Positions 24,531-36,049 of a stretch of 64,000 nt of DNA are shown piece after piece. The notes below the pieces were generated by a model, which was not told the origin of the DNA, searched no databases, and worked only from the letters and a program-made list of their open reading frames with translations. How positions within the stretch are numbered: the first letter of the stretch is position 1; each line of letters starts with the position of its first letter. The DNA comes from Octopus sinensis (lineage: Eukaryota). The stretch spans positions 6,262,001 to 6,326,000 of the forward strand of contig NC_043018.1 in the NCBI RefSeq assembly GCF_006345805.1, given 5' to 3'. The position numbers were made by a program, and so were the translations under genes.

Positions 24531-25476
24531 GTTGCCCCCTCGTTATCAAGTATGGCCATTGCACGAAGCTTAACTGCTACTGGTGCTGTGATCGAATGTG
24601 ACTTTTTAGCCCAGCTAAAGATCTACAATGTCTTGTACAAAATAGGCAACTAAAACCTTTACCGGTAATAGCCAGCTGTAGTTGTAACTGGGCTTCATGA
24701 ACCTTTGCATGTTGTTTAAGTCCTCCTGCCGAATTACACTCTCTTCCACATGCCCGACAGATATGATTAGTATGGTGTGTTACACCACCACCAGTGGCCA
24801 GGTTGTCACTCATCTGTCTCGCTTTATGACTACGAAGATGACTCATGAGTCCAGCTTTACTGAGGCAGGGTCTTGCACAGACATTGCATGTCAGAATCAA
24901 AGGAAGACCCTTCCCTTCTGGAAGTGTAACAGCGATGCCCTTCCTGACATCCCTCCTTACTTTCTCATGTGCAACTCGAGATTTCTCAAACATGGCTGAC
25001 CCCTCATGCACAATCCGTCTCCACCTGCTACGATCAATAGCTATGCCCCCCCACCCCATGTGTCAGGAGAGGTGCTAGCATCTATTAAGGAAGCCTTCAG
25101 CAAGTCCTTATACCTCTTTTTTGGTTTATGTGGAGGTCGTTCTCCTTTAGCTAACTCTCCATAAAAGAGTTGTTTTGGCATCCTTGAATCCTTCATTCTG
25201 ACCAGATGACCACTCCATCTGAGCCTTTACTTTAACACAAGAGCTTCTATACTTTCACACTGAGCGCCTTCGAGTATTTCAAGATCACTGATGCGGTCCT
25301 TCCACTTAATGCCATAGATCCGTCTGAGGCACATCTGATGGAAACGTTCCAGTTGTTTAAGGTGGTATCTATATGTGACCCACGTCTCGCAGGCATAGAG
25401 AAGAGAAGGGAGCACACATGCCTTGTACACCTTTATCTTCATCTTTCTGCATATGTCTCGCTGACTCCAAAGGCGC
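24531..25476 (-). mobile_element. 5'-truncated RTE LINE (second family)
   Basis: KIKVYKACVLPSLLYACETW...LERFHQMCLRRI..IKWKDRISD (25227-25476), then LRWSGH..RM..PKQLFYGEL and a zinc-finger C-terminus. Confidence 0.9.
24577..25059 (-). pseudogene. RTE ORF C-terminus with three C2H2-type zinc fingers
   Basis: CNVCARPCLSKAGLMSHLRSH; CRACGRECNSAGGLKQHAKVH; [22 protein letters not shown]. Confidence 0.8.
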
Positions 25477-26813
25477 TTATGTATGTGTGTATATAATATA
25501 TATATACATACACACATACATACATACATACATATATATATACACATACATACATATATATATATATATACACCATACATATATATATATATATATTTTC
25601 GAAATCCAATGATACCCTACACACCTATTTGGTTATGAAGGTTTACAGATACACTTTCTCAGGGAGACTTGATATACCTATCATTATGGGTAATACCAAA
25701 TGTACCTTTCGGATTTTTCATAATGTGATGTAAATCTTTGGTATAGCAATTGCATGCGGCTGTGGACGATGTGTGTGTTTATGAGCGAAACACCTAAGCT
25801 CCACGCAGCTCCAGCAGAAGGTAATGGCGAAACTTCTGCTGACTCTTTCGCCACAACTTTCTCTCACTCTTTCCTCCTGCATCTTGCAGCTCACCTGCGA
25901 TGGACCAGCGTCCCGTCCAGGTGAGGAACCTATATGCCAAGGAAACCGGGAAACTGGCCCTTATGAGCCAGGCATGGCTTGAAGGAACAAATGACAAGGT
26001 GTACTCTGCTTTTCCTCCTTCTGAGAGAGGGGGGTTGTCAATAAAATAAAATGAAACAGCAGTTTTAATACTGGGAGTTAACATAATCTAACAACTGTCT
26101 CTCTCTTCCTCCAAATTACTATTTGTGTCCTAAATTCATAAATACATAAACACTATTGTGTCCTGAATTCAAAACAATTACCAGGGACCACAATAGCTGA
26201 GAGGGCAAGATGCTGGTTGGTCAGATGCATTAAGCTAAATAAAATCACTGTCTTCCACTCATACAGGTTTGTCCTTTCAGGGGCTGGTGCCACTTGAAAA
26301 GCACCCCACCTGTCAGTGCTGCATAAACACAGATGTGCCAGTGGCACAATAAAAATCCCCCAACACATTTGTAAAGTGAGTGACTTTAGGAAAGGCATCC
26401 AGCTGTGGAAACCAGGCCACAACAGACAGCTGCCAACATGGAAAGCAGACGTTAAACAATGGTGGTGATGATGATGATGATGATGTGACAGACATGTGTA
26501 GGTGTGGGTGAGTGGGTAAGCAGTGTGCTTCTCAACATTGTGATCATTGTGATCGAGGTTCAATCTCACAGTATGGCACCTTGGGCATAATTATAATTCT
26601 TCTATATAATTATAATTAGGGGTCAGCTAATTGCTTCACCACGCACCAAATTTAGAAATAGGAGTTAAAATGCTTTTTCTGCCACCATAGAGATCTCCCA
26701 GATAGTAACATACTTTTTTTATGTAGGTCATTTTGACTGTGACCATGCTGGAGCACCAGACTGACCATAGCCTTGTAAGGAGTGATATGGTACACGGAAA
26801 CTGAAAGAAGTTC

Positions 26814-26848
<35 letters not shown>

Positions 26849-27004
26849 ATGTGTGTGTGTGCATGTGTGTGTGTGTGTATATATATATTTAGTTGAAAAA
26901 ATCGACCTCAAGACTTATTCTTTGTAAGCCTAGTACTTATTCTATTGGTCTCTTTTGCCAACCCACTAAGTTACGGGGACATAAACACACCAACACTAAA
27001 TTTG

Positions 27005-27052
<48 letters not shown>

Positions 27053-27244
27053 CAAATTTACACAAAATGAAAGACAAAGACAGGTGAGGGAATAACAAGC
27101 ATGTGTACTAGTTTGATGCTGAGGAGCACTGGAAAAGTCTTGGATATTTAGAACTTATGCTCTTTGAGAGAAAGGGGTTGAGAGGAATGGAGAGAAGAAA
27201 ATATGTGTAGGGATTAATGGTTCAACATGATGAAATGACCAATT

Positions 27245-27277
<33 letters not shown>

Positions 27278-27662
27278 AATAATAAGGGTGGCTTATTCGC
27301 AATTTTACATCTGAAAGGTAGAAATACGTCACCAAAGTGAGTAAAAGCACTAGTCAGGACCAGTATTGGTTTTTGGATAATTCATCTTTGGAAACATGGG
27401 TGTTTTATTCAACATCCTTAAACAACCCTTATTCGGGGACCTTTTGAGCAGGATTGGTTACTTGACCTGAAGAAAATTCTAACTGTAGGGTGCTTGCCTC
27501 TCTTGTCAATTATTAAGATAAGTGCTTTCTTGTAGCTTTGAATCTTTTAACTCTTATTTCTAGCAATACTGTATGCATATATATATATATGATTTGATTT
27601 GATTTTTCCAGTTTCAGCTAATGAGCTGTGGCCATGCTGGGGCACCGCCATATATATATATA

Positions 27663-28017
27663 GATATATGAAAAAACAAGTCAAGATAGAAAATGCTAAA
27701 ATAATTTTATAAAGAACATTTCAGTACCGGTTTCGGTCATTTGAGACCTTTTCAATTGTAACAATTAAAAAATCAAATTTAGAAAAATTATGGACCTTGA
27801 ACCCACAAGAGTAAACAAGAGAGACAGAGAAAGGCAGAAACAAGGAAAATGCTACTTATATTTGAACACTATACAAATATTCTTTTAAAAAAACTTTTCT
27901 TTTAATTTTTTAATTGTTACAGTTGAAAAGGTCTCAAATGTCCAAAACCGGTACTGAAATGTTTTTTATAAAATTATTTTAGCATTTTCTATCTTGACTT
28001 GTTTTTTCATATATATC
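27663..28017. mobile_element. PLE terminal-repeat foldback
   Basis: About 110-bp inverted arms (27663-27770, 27905-28017), each carrying a hammerhead motif. Confidence 0.75.
27722..27758 (-). ncRNA. minimal type I hammerhead, U3-A8 variant (plus-strand twin 27920-27956 has G12A)
   Basis: CAA TTGAAAA GGTC tcaaat GACC GAAA CCGG T A CTG; twin CAG TTGAAAA GGTC tcaaat GTCC AAAA CCGG TA CTG. Confidence 0.65.
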
Positions 28018-28085
28018 AACTCGTGTGTCCCTTTTCATCCTTATATATATATATATATATTATATATATATATATATATTAATTA

Positions 28086-28399
28086 GCACATCCAACTTAA
28101 CCTGGATGTAGTTGTTTGTAATGCTATAGGCTGTGGTGATGGTCCTGGAAAATCGTTTCCTAGAGATAACAAATGGTCTAAAGCAAAATTCTATACTGGT
28201 TGATTAGATCTAGTCAGTGTCAGCAGATGGCACTACAGTATTGCATGATTTCACCATGGTACAGTAATGTCATCTGCTGGCACTGATATAGAATTTCAAT
28301 GTTTTCTAGCATTTTGACATCTGCACGAAATGATTTTTTAGGACATTCACTGCAGCCTACAGTATTACAAAGAACACATCTAAGTCATGTTTGATGTGC
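28086..28399. mobile_element. old foldback/MITE-like element
   Basis: Diverged outer inverted arms plus inner hairpin 28214-28286. Confidence 0.55.
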
Positions 28400-28435
28400 A
28401 GTTTAAGGTTTGATGCAAAGGTTGCCAATAGCCAT

Positions 28436-28467
<32 letters not shown>

Positions 28468-28496
28468 TGCATATGTGTGTATACATATATTATTTA

Positions 28497-28890
28497 CTTT
28501 TTACTCTTTTACTTATTTCAGTCATTTGACTGTGGCCATGCTGGAGCACCGCCTTTAATCGAGCAACTCCACCCCAGGACTTATTCTTTTGTAAGCCCAG
28601 TACTTATTCTATCGGCCTCTTTTGCCGAACTGCTAAGTAACGGGGACATAAACACACCAGCATCAGTTGTCAAGCAATGCAAGGGAACAAACACAGACAC
28701 ACAAACACACACACGCATATATATATACATATATAGAACAGGCTTCTTTGAGTTTCCGTCTACCAAATCCACTCACAAGGCTTTGGTCGGCCCGAGGCTA
28801 TAGTAGAAGATACTTGCCCAAGGTGCCATGCAGTGGGACTGAACCTGGAACCATGTGGTTTGTAGACAAGCTACTTACCACTCAGCCACT
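28497..28890 (-). mobile_element. SINE family A
   Basis: Full reverse-complement copy. Confidence 0.88.
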
Positions 28891-28894
28891 CATT

Positions 28895-29650
28895 ATTATT
28901 ATTATTTTTTTTCCTTTTTTCTTCAAATTTTCTTCCATTTCTTACCAAGTGTTTTACCATACACCTAGGGCAGAGAAGCTCATTGTATGCATTCCCAGAT
29001 TACACACACAAATTCACAGGTAAAATATGTATTTAAAAAAAAATTAATTAATAAATAAATTCATAAATGGATATTGTTTTCACAGCAAGAATGCTTTTCT
29101 CCGTACATGAGCCGTTCCAGTTAACATGATTTTTTGCACTTCCTGTAGGGATGGTAAGCCTGGAATCATTTTCAAATAGGTTTCAGTACCTTTTTTTTAA
29201 CATTCCTAGAGATCCTACAATCACTGGTACTGTAGTCGCCTTGAGATGTCACATTTTCTCAATTTCTATTAGCAAGTTTTTATATTTACTAATCTTGTCA
29301 AATTCTTTCGCCGCTATATTGTGATCACAGGGAATACTCATGTCAATTAATAAACACACCTTTTCTGTCTGATCTTTTATAATAATATCCGGTTTATTAG
29401 CTTTTATAGTTTTGTCGGTATGTACGGAGAAGTCCCAGAGAATCGACACATTTTTCCCTCAGTCATAGCTTCGTGATGGTGTTTATACCATTTGTTAGTG
29501 GTTTTGATTTTATAATGCCGACATTATTGTCCAATGTAAATACTGGCCGACTCTGTCATGTCTTGCTTTATATTCTGCAGGTGCTAAGACTCTACACCCT
29601 GAGATTAGTGGTCTATAGTTTTAATCCCATCGTTACAGAATCGGCATTTT
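28895..29650 (-). mobile_element. 3' fragment of an RLE-encoding non-LTR retrotransposon (R4/Dong-like)
   Basis: ILWDFSVHTDKTIKANKPDIIIKD..VCLLIDMSIP..K..KY (PD-D-K endonuclease), then VPVIVGSLG; 3' end abuts (AAT)n. Confidence 0.8.
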
Positions 29651-29664
29651 GAGTCGGCTCCATT

Positions 29665-29820
29665 TTTTTATTATTATTATATGTTTGACTTTTGCTTTAT
29701 GTCTGTACAAGTTGGCTCCAAGTCTCACCCAGAGACCTCAAGAGACAACAGGTTGGAAGTTCTGTGCCATATATTTGTTGTTTTTTTTTGTTTTTTTTGT
29801 ACTAGTGAATGTCTAATACA
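29665..29820 (-). mobile_element. short retroposon 3' tail ending in (AAT)n
   Basis: Reverse complement of 61590-61745, which also ends in (AAT)n. Confidence 0.6.
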
Positions 29821-30682
29821 TAAAAATAAAAAATAAATAAATAAAAAATAAATAAATAAATAAAAATAAATTTTAAAATGTTTGTTTTAAACCTTGGGAT
29901 TACATAGAGAGTATTTTGCGTAGGATATGAGCAGTTCCCATGAGCACTATCTTTTGAATTTCTGCCATTTTGGGGTTTCCTGGTATCTGAGTTAGGTAGC
30001 AATTATTATTATTATTATTATTATTATGAAGACAGCAAGCTGGCAGATTACTTAGTGGCGTTTCATCCCTCTTTATGTTCTGAGTTCAAATACTGTCAAG
30101 GTTGACTTCACCTTTCATCCTTTCTGGGTCAATAAATTAAGTCCTAGTGAAACACTGGGGTTGATGTATTCAACAACTAGTCCCATTCCCCAAAAGGTCA
30201 GGCCTTCTTCTTCAAATGATGGTGGCGGCAGTCTCATTTGTAGGAAGGCTTTGGTCAGCCCGAGGCTTTAGTAGAAGACACTTGCCCAAGGTGCCATGCA
30301 GTGGGGCTGAACCCGGAACCATGTGGTTTGTAAGCAAGCTACTTACCACACAGCCACTCCTATGCCTATATTTAAGATTAATTGAAAGAAATACTGAGCA
30401 TCTCAACAGAAATGTGATAACAAAAGGGTTAATATCCATTGTCTGTGCTGGCATGGTTGGACAGTTTGACCAGAGCTAGCAAACCAGGGAGCTGCACCAA
30501 GTTCCAGTCTGATTTCGCATAGTTTCTAAGGCTTGATGCTTTTCCTAAAGCCAACCACTTCACATAATGTGCTGGGTGCTTTTGCATGGAACCACACAAG
30601 CGCTTTTCTGTGGCGCCAAGCAGGGGCTTTTACATGGCACTGCGCACACACGCACACATATATCATCAGCAGCAGCAGCAGT

Positions 30683-31010
30683 GGAGGCGCAATGGCCCAG
30701 TGGTTAGGGCAGCGGACTCGCGATCAGAGGATCGCGGTTTCGATTCCCAGACCGGGCGTTGTGTGTGTTTATTGAGCGAAAACACCTAAAGCTCCATGAG
30801 GCTCCGGCAGGGGGTGGTGGCGACCCCTGTTGTACTCTTTCGCTCCAACTTTCTCTCTCACTCTTTCTTCCTGTTTCTTGTCCCCAACTTCCTACGCAAT
30901 CGCTGAGCCTGGATGCGCATTTATCCATCCGTCGATGCTCTCGGTGTCGGGGGTTGACCTGCTTTCTCTTCTGCGGGTCTTACAAATAGCAAAGGACCAT
31001 GTTTCGGACT
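30683..31010 (+). mobile_element. SINE family C
   Basis: Near-identical head to 11223. Confidence 0.85.
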
Positions 31011-32032
31011 GCTCAACATCAGCATTTAACATCTGTTTTCCATGCTGAGCTAGCAAGGCCAGGGGCCACACCAGGCTCCTTTGTTCTGGCATGGTTTCTA
31101 TGGCTGGATGCCCTTGCTAATTCAAACCACTATACATAGTGTACTGGGTGCTTTTTATGTGGCACCAGTACTGGTATAAATTCTGCTGTGGTGCACGGGC
31201 CTTCTTGTGTATAGCAATGTGCCAAATATCTCGGCCCTTAGTCATTATGTGTGTGTGTGTGTGTGTATCTATATGTGTATACTTGCTTGCGTGTACTCTT
31301 GTGTAGACATCACATGATGGCTGTAAATGAGCATCACCGTCATACAAGCAGTGTTGTCCATTTCTGTTTCTTCCATGGAGAACATCTTAGCATTACCTTG
31401 CTTGGAAACAGTTGAGGGTTGGGAGCAGGAAGAGCATCTGGCTATAGAAAATCTGTCTCAGCAAATTCTGTCTGGCCTTGTGAACACGAAAAAGTGGACA
31501 TTAATTGGTGATCATGATGATGGTGGTGGTGGTGGTGATGAAAGATGCATTGAACTGTGTTGTCCTTGGTAAACAACTAATATGAAATGGTCATAGCTCA
31601 AACACTCCCGTTCATACGGACAGAAACTGACCAGAGACTAGGCAATAACGATAACAACAACAACAACAACAACAGCAACAATTTGTCAGATGTTTAATTT
31701 TCAAAGTGCGCTGGAAACATTCCAGTGACCAAATATGTGATTGGAATCATTTGAAAGAATCTCGTTGCTCAAGTCTCCAGTGGGACCTAATCAAAATAAA
31801 AACAGGAATGCAGTAATTTCAGCACATGATTTTAAATTGACTGTGTGATTTAATCAATTGTGACACCTCGCTCTAAAGTGTTAGACCATGTGTCTGTCTT
31901 AGATACTACACACACACACAAACACACAAACACACATTATTTGTTTCTATGTTCAGTTATAATGACAACAATTTTAGATTAATCTGAAGGGTGACTCAGT
32001 TCTTCTGTAGAGTACAAATTTATTATTCTTTA

Positions 32033-32149
32033 ACAAGGATACTATTGACAGTAATTTCGAAGTTTTGACCAGCTAAGCTGTCATCAGACTGTCCGATGAT
32101 AGCTTTACTGGCCAAAATTTTGGAGGCACTGTCAATAATTTCCTTGTTT
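32033..32149. other. imperfect hairpin of about 117 nt
   Basis: AACAAGGA..TATTGACAGT..AAGCTGTCATC / GATGATAGCTT..ACTGTCAATA..TCCTTGTT. Confidence 0.6.
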
Positions 32150-32151
32150 AA

Positions 32152-32847
32152 CCCTTTCGTTACTCTATTTATTTTGGGATGCTCTGTGTTTCTTTCAATT
32201 ACTTTAAATATAACAAAGTATTTAGTAACATAACTTAGTTATGTGTGGTAAGTAGCTTGCTTACCAACCACATGGTTCCGGGTTCAGTCCCACTATAGCC
32301 TCAGGCCGACCAAAGCCTTGTGAGTGGATTTGGGTGTTTGTGTTTGTCCCCCTAGCATTGCTTGACAACCGATGCTGGTGTGTTTATGTCCCCGTTACTT
32401 AGCGGTTCGGCAAAAGAGACCGATAGAATATGTACTGGGCTTACAGAAGAATAAGTCCCGGGGTCGAGTTGCTTGATTAAAGGTGGTGCTCCAGCATGGC
32501 CGCAGTCAAATGACTGAAACAAGTAAAAGAGAGTAAAGAGAAAGAGTATCATTAAGCTAGTATTAGGAACATAAATTGTGACTTAGGTTTCGTGGAAGAT
32601 TCTAATTCAAAACTTATGAAAACAAGACATTTATACTACAGAGCCAGAGGCGGTTTCAGCCAGGTTGGTATCAAAAGGGTTAAATATAACAAAGAATTTA
32701 GTAAAATAACCTAGTTGTCAATCAGCTAGTATTAGGAACATAAATTGTGACTAAGGTTTGGTAGAAAATTTTAATTCAGAACTTATGAAAGCAAGACATT
32801 TGTACTCAGAGCCTGAGCCAGTTTCAGCCAGGTTGGTAATGAAAGGG
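32152..32847. mobile_element. piggyBac-type MITE (TTAA-CCCT...AGGG-TTAA) with inserted SINE and duplicated right half
   Basis: TTAA at 32148-32151, 32680-32683, 32848-32851; deleted family A SINE inside at 32243-32545. Confidence 0.7.
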
Positions 32848-33071
32848 TTAAGAATAATATATTTAGGCGTGGCTGTGTGATAAGAAGCTTGCTTCCCAAT
32901 CACATGGTTCCAGGTTCAGTCTCACTGCATGGTACCTTGGGCAAGTGTCTTCTCCTATAGCCTCAGACTGACCAAAGCCATGTGAGTGGATTTGGTAGAT
33001 GGAAACTGAAAGAAGCCCATCATACATACATACATATATATATATGTGTGTGTGTATGTGTGTGTGTATAT

Positions 33072-33174
<103 letters not shown>

Positions 33175-33227
33175 TACATATAAGTAAATAAATGGAGTTG
33201 AACGCAGATGCTATTCAAATTCTTTTA

Positions 33228-33310
33228 CTTTCGACATATGTTTCGAAGACAACATTGGTTTTATTCCAAAGGAATATACCGTGTAAAATGCAATCATCTC
33301 ATCAGGAAAG
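33228..33310 (-). ncRNA. canonical type I hammerhead in a solo PLE terminal repeat (33182-33400)
   Basis: CTTTC CTGATGA G...C GAAA CATATG T C GAAAG; palindromic stem III ACATATGT; GUC cleavage triplet. Confidence 0.8.
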
Positions 33311-33514
33311 AAAGAGAACCTATCTCAACAACAAGATATTATAACAACTTTGATGACTGCATAAATGATAAACAGAACACTATTAGGTATTTTAAAAAAT
33401 AGTTAGTGGATTCGACATCAAAGGCTGACACTTGGAAGAGAAGGGGTAAAGAAATAACACACACTCGTACATATGTATGTGTGTGTGTGTGTATATATAT
33501 ATATACATATATAT

Positions 33515-34633
33515 TGTTACGAGGGGACCTCCGTCAAACTGTTACGGAATCCCTCACACAGGCCCGTTCGATGCAACGAATGTTTTCGCCACGGAAACTC
33601 GGAGAGGAGAGGAGAGATACAACAACAACAACAGCAGCAGCAGCACAGAGGCAACCGAGAGAGGCACAAAGAGGCAAGGCAACTGGCTTACATTTAACAA
33701 CTAGTTTATATGACAATCAATTGTTACAACATCAATTACATATCAAGATACATTTAAAAGAGGACCTGCAAGTAACAACTCAATACATCATACAGGTATA
33801 CCACAGATCAAAGCATTTAACAACATGCAGATACAATATAACCGTCCGGTAACAACACATCAAGTTCAATAACAACGGCAATTAAAGAAAACACATGCAA
33901 GAAACAGGTATACAATGTTCATGTCACAAATAATTCACGTTACAAATCAATGTTCAAATCCAATTAAACAAATAACGTTCACAGTTCTTTAAAGTCTTTT
34001 TCTACTTTCTTTTGTAACATGTATCAACACAATTCCAAACATAAATACCACAACTCGATAATCGACATCAATCAAAGTCCTTTACTCAATTCACATTGTT
34101 CATTAAATCTTTTTTACTGTCTCATTTCTTTTCAACATTTCGATACATCGATTCCTTTTCCTTCTTTTTCTTCACATATCAATACACAATTCACGTACCT
34201 TACATTAGCCAATGCCTCATATTGCACCTCATCTCTCTCAGTACTGCTAGCTCCAACTTGCCAAACTCTTGCCCCAAATTCCCAAATCTTCGCTCCTAAA
34301 ATTCCAACCGCTCGCTTTGACTTCCAAAAACCGACTGTCCAAAACCTCTTGCTCTCTCACTACCCTCAATCTGTCCCAGCACTGCTAATACTCTCTCTAT
34401 CTGCTCTCAGCCCTATCTGCCTATCTTCATCGACGATGTTGCTGTCACTCTCTCACGACAGCTCTCAGATCCCTTAATCTGTCTTCCTCTTTCACATTCT
34501 CTCTGACCACAAGGCCAAAGGTCCTTCCAAAAGCCATTACTCTTCCGTAAACAAAGGACTATAATTTTGTACTGTAGACTTCCAGGCTCCACTCTCAACG
34601 AAGTAGGTCAAGAAATACTGTACCAGCCGAACC

Positions 34634-34639
<6 letters not shown>
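33515..34639 (-). mobile_element. probable solo LTR
   Basis: TGTT...AACA termini, ATAT on both sides (ambiguous inside TA repeat), about 1.1 kb, no coding domain; orientation tentative. Confidence 0.5.
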
Positions 34640-34713
<74 letters not shown>

Positions 34714-34811
34714 TCATCAAAGCAACCATATCAGAGAAATGATGCACTCATATATCTGTCAGTAGAGTAGGTATATTAATAAAGAGCAGTTGCCTTATTT
34801 CCTTCCATATC

Positions 34812-34903
34812 GGCTAACTCTGATGAGTGTAAAGTTATATACTCGGATTGTTACCTAACACTCCATTGTATCCTTTATGCAAAACTGATTGGTAAGATCA
34901 GCC
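34812..34903 (+). ncRNA. CpG-decayed type I hammerhead
   Basis: GGCTAACT CTGATGA GTGTAAAG...CTTTATGC AAAA CTGATTGG TA AGATCAGCC; G12 is A. Confidence 0.6.
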
Positions 34904-35680
34904 AAGATGGATATTTAATGTTATACATGTCAGATTATATATGTGTATGCATGCATGTATGTATGTATATGTATGTATGTATGTATGTATGTATGAATAT
35001 ATGTATGAATATATGTATGTATAAATGCATGCATGCATAAATGTATGTATGTATGTATTTGTGTATGTATGTATGTATGTATGTATTTGTGTGTTTGTGT
35101 CTTTTTGTCTCTCACCACCATTGCTTGACAACCAATGTTGGTGTGTTTATGTCCCTGCAACTTAGCAGATCCACAAAAGAGACCGCTAGAATAAGTACTA
35201 GGCTTACAAAGAATAAGTCCTTGGGCTGATTTGTTTGACTAAAATCCCTTAAGGAGCACCACCTTAATTTCTCTGTGTATATGTTGATATGGGTAATTCC
35301 TGTTGTGTTCACAGAAATGGTCAAGAATTTTGTTCTTACCTTTTGATGGGGGTGTAGTTACTGTTAGTTCTGGCTAACAATTCTTTCTCATATTTGTCAT
35401 ATAGTTCCTTGGCAAGCCGTAATTTTCTACAGAATTCCACATCTTTCATTTCGTTGTAGTTGGGACGTGTGGTGATGATGGGGTGAGGGATTTGAGCCCT
35501 TTGGAGAGTATGTTGATTTGGTCTGGTTTTAGGAAGGGCATTGAGCCATAAAAACCCTACCAAAACAGACACACTGGTCTGGTGCAGGCTTCCGCCTGGC
35601 CGGCTCCTGTCAAACCATCCCACCTATGCCAGCATGGAAGGTGGACATCAAATGATGATGATGATATATATGTGTGTATA

Positions 35681-35728
<48 letters not shown>

Positions 35729-35744
35729 TGTATATATATATATA

Positions 35745-35786
<42 letters not shown>

Positions 35787-35932
35787 ATATATATATATAT
35801 GTGTATATATATATATGTGTTATATATATATATAGTGAATATATATATATATGTGTATATATATATATATATTGTATATATATATATTGTATATATATAG
35901 ATATATGTATATATATATGTATATAATATATG

Positions 35933-35964
<32 letters not shown>

Positions 35965-36049
35965 TGTATGTATATATGTATGTATATATATATGTATATA
36001 TATGTGTATATATATATATGTATATATATATATGTATATCTCTCTCTCT

